Positions 1-9,914 are shown, numbered from the stretch's first letter. The stretch is DNA of 42,701 nucleotides from Planctomycetaceae bacterium (GCA_031282385.1 JAITDV010000477.1:1-42701), one strand, 5' to 3'. Numbers and translations: made by a program. The notes: a model not told the origin generated them from the sequence alone.

Positions 1-213
1 AGGAATCAAAGTTTATAGAAATGAAATTCTTTTTTTACTAAAGGAATATTTACGCATTTGAAAATAAACAAATCTTAATTTTGGAAGATTTTGAACTCCC
101 TACCTTACAGGGTAAATGCAAAATTTTACATTGTGCAGTTTTAAAACACTAAATCCACTGAAATATTACGAAAACCGGAAATTGAAAAAGTGGAAATTAT
201 TTCACAACTTTTC

Positions 214-320
214 TATCTGATCGTACTACTAAATTGCGGGACTCAAGAGCATAAAAACCCGCTTGCCGAATAGGTAAGCAGGCGACGGTAATGGAAACTC
301 AAAGTGTGAACGGTTTATAA
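214..320 (+). mobile_element. M1 MITE copy
   Basis: Matches the M1 consensus TTATACTGTTCGTACTATAAATTGCGGGACTCAAGAGCGTAAAAGCCTGCTTTCCGATAGGTAAGCAGGCGGTGGTAAAGGAAATTTAAAGTGTGAACAGTTTAAA. Left end is diverged. Confidence 0.8.
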
Positions 321-388
321 TCTCTCAAAAAACGAAACAAGAAAAAACTATTCTCAAATTCCAATACCAAATTTTGGAATAAAAAAAA

Positions 389-619
389 TTACTCTTCTTT
401 TTTCTTTTTGGTATTGTATGGGGTGTTGCTGAATTTTGATTTGAATTTTTCAATGCGTCCTGCAGTATCGACGTACTTAAGTTTGCCCGTGTAGAATGGA
501 TGGCAGACATTGCAAATATCTACTTTTAGTTCCGGTTTTGTTGCACGAGTTTTAAACTTGTTGCCGCAACCGCAAGTTACCTGTGCCTCAACATATTTGG
601 GATGAATATTTTTCTGCAT
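389..619 (-). CDS. rpmE: 50S ribosomal protein L31 (Cys-containing type)
   Basis: 76 aa from ATG at 619 with GAGAGG SD about 5 nt upstream. MQKNIHPKY start and the CGCG / [10 protein letters not shown] motifs are typical of L31. The 128-aa ORF-track version runs upstream into a MITE fragment and is not believed. Confidence 0.9.
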   Translation of the reverse strand: MQKNIHPKYVEAQVTCGCGNKFKTRATKPELKVDICNVCHPFYTGKLKYVDTAGRIEKFKSKFSNTPYNTKKKKEE

Positions 620-732
620 TTTAACCTCTCGTAAAATTTTATTTTTAGTAATTAAAATTGATTGACAATTGAACGAACAACTCTTGTCCGTCCCAACCAA
701 TTGCCAATTACTTCCGTACAAAATTGTGAATA

Positions 733-774
733 TTATACTGATCTCGCTATAATAAATTACGTGTCTCAAGTGCA
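733..774 (+). mobile_element. M1 fragment (left half only)
   Basis: TTATACTGATCTCGCTATAATAAATTACGTGTCTCAAGTGCA resembles the M1 left arm and abuts the next full copy. Confidence 0.55.
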
Positions 775-885
775 TATACTGTTCGTACTATAAATTGCAG
801 GACTCAAGGTCGCAAAAGCCTGCTTTCCGATAGGTAAGCAAACGGTGACAAACGGAATTTATTTTAAGCGTGAACAATTTATAAA
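775..885 (+). mobile_element. M1 MITE copy
   Basis: Full-length match with both TIRs and the GCCTGCTT/AAGCA hairpin. Ends 2 nt from the 3' end of tRNA-Pro. Confidence 0.9.
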
Positions 886-887
886 TA

Positions 888-962
<75 letters not shown>

Positions 963-1136
963 TTGTTCGGATTCAACATTTGAGGCAATTTCCCCAAATA
1001 ACCCAACTCCGACACGAAAAGAGCAAGAGTTTAACCGAATAACAAATTTACGCAATTACCACCCCCCGCCCAATTCAAAAAATTTACACTAACATCACCC
1101 AAAAAATAATTCTACTGTCTGATAAACAGATTAATT

Positions 1137-1694
1137 TTATTTAGGAGCAAGTGTACAAACTATTTGTCTGTTTGCTCTTTTAGGAGGCGATTCTATTTTG
1201 CCTACATCATCAAGAGCCTCGACCATTTTGTTCAACACTTTTGCGCCTTCCTCCATGTGTGCTAATTCGCGTCCTTTGAATTTGACTGTAATTTGAACTT
1301 TGTCCTTATTTTTTGTCAAAAACTCTCTTGCTTTGGCCACCTTTACGAGAATGTCATGTTCACCCGTTTTGGGATGTAGCCATACTTCTTTTGTTTTAGA
1401 TTGGTGAGTATGTTGTTTTGCTTGTTTCTTTTTTTGTTGATATTTATATTTGCCGTAATCCATGATGCGGCAAACCGGAGGCTTACTATCTGTTGAAACT
1501 TCAACAAGATCAAGCCCCATTGACTTCGCCTTGTTCAATGCCTCCGACGTATTCAACACTCCAAGCTGTTCGCCGTCGGCTGATACCAACCGAACTTGCG
1601 GAACACGAATCATTTCATTAATTCGTTGTTTTCCATTTGTTACAGCTGCCGACGTTTTAACGTCCCGCTGATTATCAATCCTCCTCAATACCAT
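1137..1694 (-). CDS. infC: translation initiation factor IF-3
   Basis: RINEMIRVPQVRLVSADGEQLGV and the C-terminal KFKGRELAHMEEG pattern are typical of IF-3. ATG at 1694 has GGAG about 9 nt upstream, so no non-AUG start needs to be invoked. Confidence 0.9.
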   Translation of the reverse strand: MVLRRIDNQRDVKTSAAVTNGKQRINEMIRVPQVRLVSADGEQLGVLNTSEALNKAKSMGLDLVEVSTDSKPPVCRIMDYGKYKYQQKKKQAKQHTHQSKTKEVWLHPKTGEHDILVKVAKAREFLTKNKDKVQITVKFKGRELAHMEEGAKVLNKMVEALDDVGKIESPPKRANRQIVCTLAPK

Positions 1695-2308
1695 TAGGTT
1701 CTCCGGTTTTTTAATTTAAACTACTCCTGAAATAAATGTTAAATTTCAGGTAACACTTATACCGAACTCATTTAATATCGTTAAAGTCAAAAACGCAAAA
1801 ATCGGTCTTTCACTCAAACCACATTCTAAATTCGGCAACACTAACACTCTGCCTATCACAAATTGATCTTCTAAAAACACGTAATATTTGACCAATTTAT
1901 TACACTATTGAATATAGGGAACTTCCAAAAATACAATTTGCCAAAAACAAATTTATTCGATTTCAGTCAACTGAATATCAAATAAATTTAATTTTTAGAA
2001 ATTCCATATAAATAAAAGCAAACTTTCTAATAGATAAACCTGCTCAAAATCCAAAGTGATTTATAAAAATTCTGTAACTATTCAGTTGCGAGTATAAAAT
2101 TTGACGATGTATTTCGTTTTGGAAAAACAGCGCAGACAACCCGCAACTTCACAAAGGAACAAAATCCCAATAATATCATTGCCCCGAAAGGACAGTAATA
2201 TGATCTTGCAACAAGTTTCTGCATTGCTCCTTGCGGAACGATATCAAAATATAAAACAACAAAGCCGTAATACCAAATTACTGAATTGTCGCCATTGAAT
2301 ATGCCCGA

Positions 2309-2416
2309 TTATACTGTTCGTACTATGAAATTGCGTGACTCAAGGTCGTAAAAGCCTGCTTTCCGATAGGTCAACAGGCGAAGGTGAACGAAATTTAAAG
2401 TGTAAACAGTTTAAAA
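2309..2416 (+). mobile_element. M1 MITE copy
   Basis: Full-length match, TA on both flanks. Confidence 0.9.
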
Positions 2417-2499
2417 CAATCGTCTGAACAGTTACAAAATTACAATAATTTATTTCGCGTAAATTTGTAGATAAAATGAGTCATTATCCATTTGTCAAA

Positions 2500-2526
2500 G
2501 GAATTTTCAATGTGAGCAGTTTAAAA
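2500..2526 (+). mobile_element. M1 solo right end
   Basis: GGAATTTTCAATGTGAGCAGTTTAAAA matches the M1 right TIR only. Confidence 0.5.
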
Positions 2527-2578
2527 GTTCAAATCATCTTCTCAATTCGTCCATAAACATTGTTAAATTTTCACGAAA

Positions 2579-2689
2579 TTATACTGTTCGTACCATAAAT
2601 TGCACGACTCAAGAGCGTAAAAGCTTGCTTTCCGATAGGTAGCCGGCAGGTGGTGGTGAAGGAAATTTAAAGTGTGAACAGTTTATAAA
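2579..2689 (+). mobile_element. M1 MITE copy
   Basis: Full-length match, TA on both flanks. Confidence 0.9.
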
Positions 2690-2706
2690 TATTATTTTCC
2701 TTATTT

Positions 2707-5136
2707 TTATTCGGCAAAATATTTACTCTTGTTGTTTTGGTTGTATTTATCTGAAGACAGTTGAATTGCTTTTAGTAGTTCGTTGCGGTCAATCGGTTTT
2801 GTCAAAACTGCATCGCAACCGGCTGCCCACGTTTCTGCTTCACTACCGAAATTTGCCGTAAGTGCAAGAATCGGTCTTTCAAACCCCCGCTGCCGCAATT
2901 CGCGTGTTGCTTCAAAACCGTCCATTACCGGCATTTGCATATCCATTAAAATAACATGAAACGGTTCACCCAACTCTTCACTTTCTACTACTTTTTCAAT
3001 TGCTGCCCGCCCATTTGTCGCCGTTTCTACTTTTGCGCCGGCGTCACGCAATTTCGCCTCCGCAACAAGCAAATTCACTACACCATCATCAACAACCAAC
3101 GCCCTAAAACCCGACAAAGGAAGCGAAACATCAACATCCTTGTCCTCCACCACAACCGAATTAACCGCATCAATAAAACTACTAAACACGGTATTTGAAA
3201 CCGGTGAAGTTGTGCCCATACGTCCTATTGGGGTTTTCGGTGTTAAAAAACCGGTTTGTAATGTTGACAACGAACCGGATGTTACGTTGTCTGGCAAACG
3301 AATTGGTAAAAGCAACGAAAATTTACTACCTTTACCAAGCTCGCTCTCAATCAAAATATCGCCGTGCATAAGTTGAGCTAATCCACGCGCAATTCCAAGC
3401 CCTAAACCCGTTCCACCGTACTTTCGTGTTGATGTTTCGTCAACTTGCGTGAACGGCTTAAATAAATAATTCACTTGCTCCGGCGTCATGCCAATTCCAG
3501 TATCAATAACATCAATACAAAGAATCGAAACATCAGGAAACATAGCTTGAAGGTCTGAAAGCGTTTGAGACGCTTTTATCAATAACGACGAAATCGTAAA
3601 TAACGACGAAATCGAATTTTGCAACTCCAAACTATCCGGCTGCTGCGTACCAAAAATACTGGTTGCAAGCACTGTCAAAAACGATTTATCAGTCTCAGGT
3701 TTAACTGTTTCTGGCACCGTAACTTTGAGTGCAGGAATAAATTGACAAACGATCTTGACATAACCTCGCTCCGTAAACTTTAACGCATTGCCGATAAGAT
3801 TAATCAAAATTTGCCTTATCCGCGTCGGATCGCCCAAAATCATCGGTGGAATTTTATCGTCAATTTCTACCAAAAATTCTACACCTACATTTTCTTCTAT
3901 CCTTGTCTGAAAAGTCTTTTTAATATCATTAATGACTCGTTTAATTGAAATCGGCACCATTTCTAATGTTATTCTGTTTGAATCCAACTTGGAAAAAGTC
4001 AACACGTCATCAATAATTGTCATCAGTTCTTTTCCGCTTTTGCGAATAATGTCAATAATTTCATTTTGTGTCAACCTTACTTTTTCACCCGCCGCCATCG
4101 CCGCCAACATATCAGAACAACCCAAAATCGCATTCATCGGTGTACGGATTTCATGCCCCATGTTCGCAAGAAAATGCCCCTTCGCTTGAACAGCAACCTC
4201 TGCATCACGCCGCGCTAACACCAGTTCCGTTACCGTCTTTTCCAACTCAATTGCATAACTCGTCAATCGCCTTTCTACTACTTGATGGGAAAACAAGAAT
4301 ACTTGAGCGCAAAAAAATAAAATAAGAAAAAGACCAAAAAACCACGTAGGCCAGAATTGCGCATCATGTATGCTCTCAATCCATTCCTCGCCCCAAAAAT
4401 CTACACCCAACACCGCTTCTACTGCTCCATTAGAATCATATACCGGCTCCGCAGCCGTAATCCAAAGTCCCCACCTGTCGCGTTCAGGTTTCTTGCTGAA
4501 ACTCGATTTGCCGTTGAATGCTTCAAGTATCTCAACAAACGTTTTAGGATCCGCTTCATACGTTTCGCCATTAGGAACTTCAGCCTCACGCTCATCCGAA
4601 AGAATATCGCCGGTGCCGCCATATTTATTGTCCCTGTTCAAATCTGCCGCCGGACAAAAAACAAACGCAAGCTCGTTGTCGCGAGTTTGACGCAAGGTAT
4701 AAATTGAAGCCGCAGAACCAATACGATCTTGCCACAATGACATCATATTTATTATCTTGACAAACTTCTGCTCTTCACGCGTAGTCTCAATTGTAATCTC
4801 CTCATGTCCCATGTTTTGAATCGCAATTGCAAAAGATTTGGACAAACCCGATAATTCATCCTTCTTCAATTTTTTTGCCCGTTCCGCCGACGCCAAAATA
4901 CAAAGCACGCCGAACACAAAAATTAAAAACAACAAAAACCAAGATACAAGCAAATACCTAACTTTAATCCGATGAGCCGAAATCGCCCAAAACGTTAATA
5001 CTAACATAAGTAATAACGAAAACATTATTATCGTTATCACAACCCAGTAATCATAAAAATAACCGGAAACCACCATACACATATCAAAAAAATTCTGCAT
5101 AGCCGATCCAAATAAGTTATTAAAAAAATAATTCAC
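2707..5136 (-). CDS. hybrid sensor histidine kinase / response regulator
   Basis: N-terminal TM segments flank a periplasmic-type sensor region. H-box [13 protein letters not shown]-box [11 protein letters not shown]-boxes DTGIGM and GGTGLGLGI, and a C-terminal receiver (VVDDG...[12 protein letters not shown]...ALTA). Start is uncertain: GTG at 5136 or ATG at 5100. Confidence 0.85.
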   Translation of the reverse strand: MNYFFNNLFGSAMQNFFDMCMVVSGYFYDYWVVITIIMFSLLLMLVLTFWAISAHRIKVRYLLVSWFLLFLIFVFGVLCILASAERAKKLKKDELSGLSKSFAIAIQNMGHEEITIETTREEQKFVKIINMMSLWQDRIGSAASIYTLRQTRDNELAFVFCPAADLNRDNKYGGTGDILSDEREAEVPNGETYEADPKTFVEILEAFNGKSSFSKKPERDRWGLWITAAEPVYDSNGAVEAVLGVDFWGEEWIESIHDAQFWPTWFFGLFLILFFCAQVFLFSHQVVERRLTSYAIELEKTVTELVLARRDAEVAVQAKGHFLANMGHEIRTPMNAILGCSDMLAAMAAGEKVRLTQNEIIDIIRKSGKELMTIIDDVLTFSKLDSNRITLEMVPISIKRVINDIKKTFQTRIEENVGVEFLVEIDDKIPPMILGDPTRIRQILINLIGNALKFTERGYVKIVCQFIPALKVTVPETVKPETDKSFLTVLATSIFGTQQPDSLELQNSISSLFTISSLLIKASQTLSDLQAMFPDVSILCIDVIDTGIGMTPEQVNYLFKPFTQVDETSTRKYGGTGLGLGIARGLAQLMHGDILIESELGKGSKFSLLLPIRLPDNVTSGSLSTLQTGFLTPKTPIGRMGTTSPVSNTVFSSFIDAVNSVVVEDKDVDVSLPLSGFRALVVDDGVVNLLVAEAKLRDAGAKVETATNGRAAIEKVVESEELGEPFHVILMDMQMPVMDGFEATRELRQRGFERPILALTANFGSEAETWAAGCDAVLTKPIDRNELLKAIQLSSDKYNQNNKSKYFAE
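3581..3616 (-). repeat. 18-bp tandem duplication inside the histidine kinase CDS
   Basis: AATAACGACGAAATCGTA followed by AATAACGACGAAATCGAA (17/18 identical), encoding [12 protein letters not shown]. Confidence 0.9.
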
Positions 5137-5235
5137 AATGTTTAAAATAATTGGTGTTGTTTATTAATCGTTTGCAGCGAATTCTAAAAACTTCATTTAA
5201 CCCGCGCATTTTCAATAAAAATTTATTCGTGCAAT

Positions 5236-5340
5236 TTTAAACAGTTCACACTCTAAATTTCCTTTACCGCCGCCTGCTTACCTATCGGAAAGCAGGATTT
5301 TACGCTTTTGAGTCGCGCAACTTATAGTACGAACAGGATA
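5236..5340 (-). mobile_element. M1 MITE copy
   Basis: Full-length reverse-complement match, about 100 nt upstream of the histidine kinase start. Confidence 0.9.
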
Positions 5341-5365
5341 GTAATTTCACAAATAAGATAAATTA

Positions 5366-6589
5366 TCATAAGCTCCTCAATTTTTGGGCGTCAAGAATCG
5401 GTTTAATTGCCCGATCCAAAATGCCAAGAGTGTAAGCAATTGCTAGACCATAATTTGTGATAGGAATATTTGCGTTCTGACAATACATGATTCTGCTCAA
5501 CATTTCACGCCGATTCCACATACACGCGCCGCAATGAATCACCAAATCGCAGTTAAAATTATCTGTAAGAAATTCATGCCCGCGAACATGTTTAAATTCC
5601 AATTCACCGCCGACAAACTGGCGTAATAACTTTGGGATTTTTATTGTTCCAATGTCTTCTTCAATTGGATGATGAGTACACGATTCGGCAATCAAGACAC
5701 GTGAACCGGCTTTAAGATTTTTGATAGTTTTAGCCCCTTCAATCATAATTCCTAAATCCGCCTTTTGCCGCGCGAACAAAATTGAAAATGAAGTAAGCGG
5801 AATTGATTGCGGTACATCGGCTGAAACTTTAACGAATGCTTGCGAGTCTGTTACTACAAGCGCAGGCGGCGGCGAAATTCGTTGCAACACGTCCGCAAGT
5901 TGAGTATCTTGCACAACAACACAAGAAAGATGAGCATCAAGAACTTCACGGATTGCCTGAACTTGCGGCAATATAAGACGCCCTTTCGGCGCTTCCTTGT
6001 CAACCGGAACAACTAAAACAACCATCGACTCAGGCGGAACAAGATCAACAAGAATAGGAGGCGGCACCAAAAAATCGTCAGGAACAGATCGCAATAACAC
6101 CTCATGAAGTTCAACAATTCCACGACCTGTGATTGCATCAGTTTTTACGTAAGGAATTTTGAGTGATTCGAGTTCGTCCAGCGTTTCGGGACACGGCTGG
6201 GCAACATCAATTTTATTAAGAACATAAATAACAGGAACCGACCGATTCCTAAACGCAACAATTAAATCCAACTCAAATCGCGTAATTGGCGCGTCAGCAT
6301 TTGAAACAATTATTCCTATTTCAGTACGGTCAAGTACAGATTTAGTTTTTTGGATTCGCAATTCACCAAGTGCGCCTTCGTCGTCAACTCCAGCAGTATC
6401 GATCCAAAGAACCGGACCTATCGGCAAAAGTTCCATTGGCTTCTCAACAGGATCAGTTGTCGTACCTGCAGTTTCGGAAACAATAGATGTAGCCTGGTGT
6501 GTAAGTGCATTTAGCAATGATGATTTTCCAACGTTACGGCGTCCGAAAATTCCTAAATGGAGCCGGAAACCTTTGGGAGTTGTTTGCAT
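5366..6589 (-). CDS. hydF: [FeFe]-hydrogenase maturation GTPase HydF
   Basis: N-terminal GTPase motifs GRRNVGKSS, DTAG, NKID. C-terminal CTHH...HCGAC matches the HydF CxHx(n)HCxxC cluster-binding signature. Confidence 0.8.
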   Translation of the reverse strand: MQTTPKGFRLHLGIFGRRNVGKSSLLNALTHQATSIVSETAGTTTDPVEKPMELLPIGPVLWIDTAGVDDEGALGELRIQKTKSVLDRTEIGIIVSNADAPITRFELDLIVAFRNRSVPVIYVLNKIDVAQPCPETLDELESLKIPYVKTDAITGRGIVELHEVLLRSVPDDFLVPPPILVDLVPPESMVVLVVPVDKEAPKGRLILPQVQAIREVLDAHLSCVVVQDTQLADVLQRISPPPALVVTDSQAFVKVSADVPQSIPLTSFSILFARQKADLGIMIEGAKTIKNLKAGSRVLIAESCTHHPIEEDIGTIKIPKLLRQFVGGELEFKHVRGHEFLTDNFNCDLVIHCGACMWNRREMLSRIMYCQNANIPITNYGLAIAYTLGILDRAIKPILDAQKLRSL

Positions 6590-6610
6590 TTTTAACGGGT
6601 TGGTTGGGAA

Positions 6611-6717
6611 TTATGCTGACTCGTACTATGAATCGTTAGACTCAAGATCGTAAAAAACTGCTTTCCAATAACTAAACAGGAGGCAGTAAAGGAAATTTAA
6701 AGTGTGAGCAGTTTAAA
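6611..6717 (+). mobile_element. M1 MITE copy
   Basis: Full-length match; left end lies 22 nt from the hydF start codon. Confidence 0.85.
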
Positions 6718-6978
6718 CTATTCGCATTTGAATTTTTTGTAGTGTGCGCGGATTATTTCATAACGTCTGTTCAACACTATTGCGCTGATAGATTCTAACA
6801 TACGGTTGGTATAAATTAAACAAGTGTTGGGCAATATTTGTTATATTAACAACAATTCATATCTGAATTATCTGCGTGTGATCAAAAAAGACAACGCAGA
6901 TTATTACTTATTAATACCATTTTGTAAATAGTTTGCCGCACCAACAGACTTTAATCTCTAAACAATTGTGTTGTTATT

Positions 6979-7119
6979 AGACCTTTTCTCTAACCTAAAA
7001 ATACATCAACGCAACAAAAAACCTACAATAAAAAACCGCCTTTAACTCCTCCGAGACCACCCCTAACCCCTCCGAAGGAGAGGTCAGGGGTGGTCTCCTA
7101 CAGGTTAGCGAAAAGGTCT
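6979..7119 (-). mobile_element. M2 MITE copy (141 bp, hairpin partly deleted), ATT/ATT flanks
   Basis: TIRs AGACCTTTTC(T/G)CTAACCT at both ends; direct ATT at 6976-6978 and 7120-7122. Confidence 0.9.
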
Positions 7120-8154
7120 ATTTTTGGTTGAGTCTGCAAAATATTTTACAATTATACTTACAACAATCAACTGCAACGCATGATAAAGCATAATCGGTAA
7201 AAGCAAAATTCCTACACTAGTCATTCCTGCAAATATTACTTTTGACATTGTGATTCCATGCACCAATGATTTCTTTGAACAACAAAATAAAGCCGTGATT
7301 GTGTCCGTGTTATTGAACCGCATTGCCCTACAACATACCAACGTTATCCCGTAAACACAAAAAAACAGCAACAACATTCCTATACAAAGAAACACTAATT
7401 GTGAGATTGTGAAACCGGCGAATGCGTTGCCAGCGAATGATTTTGAAAACGAGGTATATACGACTAACAAAATCACACTTTGATCAAAATATTTTAAATA
7501 TTTTCTATTTCTTGCCGCAAAATTACTAAGCCGCCGGTTGAAACACATCCCGACACCAAGCGGGAGAACAATAATAATCAACAAATCACGAATCGCACTA
7601 ATAACAGAAAAATTATTCGTATTAGCAATATTGGTGATAAAAAGACTCATCCAAATTGGCGTAACAAAAACTCCGATTATACCTGAAATGCTCGCATTAA
7701 AAATTGCTGCTGTAATATTGCCGCCTGCAAGTGATACCATTACTACTGACGACGAAACCGTTGATGGCAAAACCGACGTATAAAAAATCCCAAGCCATAA
7801 TTCCTGCGTTAATTCTGTTACAAAAAAGTGGCGGACAACAAGAACAATTATCGGAAAAATCAAAAAAGTTATTAGTTGAATTATGACATGTAATTTCCAA
7901 TTTGCCATTTCGTTTTTGACAATTGCCGGATTCATGCCGATTCCGTAACAAAAAAACATAACCCAAAAACCGCACCCCGCAATTTGCCCCACAACACGAT
8001 TAGCCCCAACTTGCGGACTCACATACGCCAAAAAAATCGCCATTCCAAGAAACCAAACTATGTTCGGACGAACACTAAAACAAACACTCTTCAAATTTCG
8101 GTAACACAAAATCTCTAAAGCAAACTTCCCAATACGTAAGTTCTCACGAATCAT
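7105..8154 (-). CDS. bile acid:Na+ symporter (BASS, YfeH-like) family transporter
   Basis: Polytopic membrane protein. LPSTVSSSVVMVSLAGGNITAAIFNASISGIIGVFVTP resembles the YfeH/SBF signature. I prefer the ATG at 8154, because the longer ORF to 8304 starts on a GTG inside repeat R3. The last four codons and the stop lie inside an M2 element. Confidence 0.7.
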   Translation of the reverse strand: MIRENLRIGKFALEILCYRNLKSVCFSVRPNIVWFLGMAIFLAYVSPQVGANRVVGQIAGCGFWVMFFCYGIGMNPAIVKNEMANWKLHVIIQLITFLIFPIIVLVVRHFFVTELTQELWLGIFYTSVLPSTVSSSVVMVSLAGGNITAAIFNASISGIIGVFVTPIWMSLFITNIANTNNFSVISAIRDLLIIIVLPLGVGMCFNRRLSNFAARNRKYLKYFDQSVILLVVYTSFSKSFAGNAFAGFTISQLVFLCIGMLLLFFCVYGITLVCCRAMRFNNTDTITALFCCSKKSLVHGITMSKVIFAGMTSVGILLLPIMLYHALQLIVVSIIVKYFADSTKNRPFR

Positions 8155-8280
8155 TGAAAGCACAAATGAGACCAGTTTGAAAATTATTGCAATAAGTTTG
8201 CAAACAATCCATAAAAATAATTTCATCACTCTACTAAAAAATTGGGATATACCGAACACACTATAGGTAACTTCTAAAAA

Positions 8281-8358
8281 CTCATTTTGTCCACGAATTT
8301 TCACGAAAGATCACTAATTAAATAATTTGTGCAAATTCGTGTCAATTCGTGGATAATA
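8281..8358 (-). repeat. R3 operator-like repeat, upstream of the BASS transporter gene
   Basis: Read on the minus strand: TTATCCACGAAT...TTTGCACAAATTATTTAATTAGTGATCTTTCGTGAAAATTCGTGGACAAAATGAG. Near-identical to the 41601-41669 copy apart from a 10-nt insertion. Confidence 0.7.
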
Positions 8359-8432
8359 TAAATTTATTGTCTAAGTTTGTCTATCCTGAAAATTTTGATA
8401 ATTCCGTCAAAAAATAGGTTCTTGGAAATTGC

Positions 8433-8543
8433 TTATAATACTGTTCGTACTATCAATCGCGTGGCTCAAGATCGTAAAAGCCCGCTTTCTGATTGGTAAG
8501 CATGCGGAGATAAAGGAAATTTAAAATGTGAACAATTTCAAAA
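8433..8543 (+). mobile_element. M1 MITE copy
   Basis: Full-length match. Confidence 0.85.
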
Positions 8544-8657
8544 TAGACGATTATTTTTTTATTTTTTCGTCACGTCTGGACAACTTGGTATAAATCATAG
8601 ACAATACATTAATGAATCGCAATTATATCAAACACATTTTAGAATACGCAAAGCACG

Positions 8658-8778
8658 CTGTTGATACTATAAATCAGTTAATACTATATAAATTGCAAAT
8701 CTCAAAAGCGTAAAAGCAAGTTTTTCAATTCGATAAACTTGGGCAAGTTGCCAAAAATTCAAGTGTGAACAATTTAAA
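8658..8778 (+). mobile_element. M1 MITE copy (divergent)
   Basis: Duplicated left-end motif. The central stem is replaced by the compensated pair CAAGTTT (8717-8723) / AAACTTG (8735-8741). Confidence 0.75.
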
Positions 8779-8885
8779 CTTCGACAAAAAAATTACTTTA
8801 TTTGATTTCAGTCGAATTTTATTTTCAGCCTCCAAAGATATGTTTTTATGAATTACTGTTGACTAATTTAATAGGAGTTTGAGTT

Positions 8886-9803
8886 ATGAATATTGACTTT
8901 AATGAGATTCCGGCGGATAACGAGTTATGGGGACAATTTGCACAAGATTTTTTGTGCAATCTTGGTTTTTCTATTGAACCGCAATTGTTTCGCGTGTCGG
9001 ATGATGGTTATGATTTTTGTGTTTTAGAACAGGTACCGGGGAAGTTTAATTTTGTTCCGTTCAAATGGCTTGTTAGTTGCCGACACAAGTCTCCGACACG
9101 TCTTGCCGTCAAGGAATCGGAAGAAGCTGATGTGCTTGAGCGGATATTGCGAAACAAGGTTGACGGGTTTATTGGCTTCTATTCAACTTCATCAGTGTTG
9201 GCACTTTCATTACATTTAGAATCGCTCAAAGCAAAAGGCAATATCAAAGATTACAAAATAATGGACGCAAAATTTATTGAATCTTATCTCATAACTCCCG
9301 GATTTGATTTGATTACTTCACATTTTTTTCCAAATTTCTCTTTGAGCAGGCAAGCTATCCACATTTATCAGGACAAATATTTACCAATACGTTGTGAGTT
9401 TTGTCAAAAGGATTTGCTTGAGACACTTTACACAAACAATAATCAAGGCGTTGTGGTTCGTTTAAGGTTACGCAAAAATGATCCAGATACAATGGATACG
9501 ATCTCAAAAGTATATTTTGCTTGCAAAGGTGATTGTGATGAGCAATTGCAAACTAAATATTGCCGGCATTATTCTCAAAGTACTGCAAGTTGGGCGTCTA
9601 TTTCTGATCTTGTTATTCCTGCGGCGTTTCTTGAACGTGCGGCTGTGTTATTGAATCAGATAGGTCGAGATGGAATTAGTTACGAACCTGAAGCGTTGGA
9701 AACGGAAATATATCTTTTGCGAGCTTTGGCGCAAAGAACTTTACGTCCGGCAGTGCCGGGCGAATTATTAAGAACAAAAAGAATGTTGATCAACGAAGAA
9801 TAA
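8886..9803 (+). CDS. hypothetical protein; N-terminal Mrr-like (PD-(D/E)xK) restriction-endonuclease fold and a Cys-rich C-terminal region
   Basis: Good SD (GGAG, 8 nt). The layout LGF...DDGYDF...EQ...WLVSCRHK...GFIGFYSTS resembles the Mrr_cat arrangement. CEFCQ...ACKGDCD suggests a zinc site. The fold assignment is by eye only. Confidence 0.5.
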   Translation: MNIDFNEIPADNELWGQFAQDFLCNLGFSIEPQLFRVSDDGYDFCVLEQVPGKFNFVPFKWLVSCRHKSPTRLAVKESEEADVLERILRNKVDGFIGFYSTSSVLALSLHLESLKAKGNIKDYKIMDAKFIESYLITPGFDLITSHFFPNFSLSRQAIHIYQDKYLPIRCEFCQKDLLETLYTNNNQGVVVRLRLRKNDPDTMDTISKVYFACKGDCDEQLQTKYCRHYSQSTASWASISDLVIPAAFLERAAVLLNQIGRDGISYEPEALETEIYLLRALAQRTLRPAVPGELLRTKRMLINEE

Positions 9804-9807
9804 CACA

Positions 9808-9914
9808 TTTTAAAACTGTTCACACTTGAAGTCCTGTTTACCTTCGCCTGCTTACCTACCTAAAAGCAGGCTTTTACGCTCTTGAGTCCCGCAATTTATC
9901 GTATGAGCAATGTA
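9808..9914 (-). mobile_element. M1 MITE copy
   Basis: Full-length reverse match starting 5 nt after the stop codon of the 8886-9803 gene. Confidence 0.85.

Noticed and set aside
620-775. N-terminal 52-codon extension of the rpmE ORF
   Set aside because: L31 begins at MQKNIHPKY with its own SD, and the extension runs into an M1 fragment.
1729-1753. Hairpin CCTGAAAT-N8-ATTTCAGG in the infC leader as a regulatory element
   Set aside because: It is a real 8-bp inverted repeat about 30 nt upstream of the SD, but it is AT-rich and I have no comparative support. It is too weak to call.
8155-8304. N-terminal 50-codon extension of the BASS transporter ORF
   Set aside because: It starts on a GTG inside repeat R3. 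The same repeat at 41601-41669 has a stop in that frame, and the extension has no transporter-like sequence.
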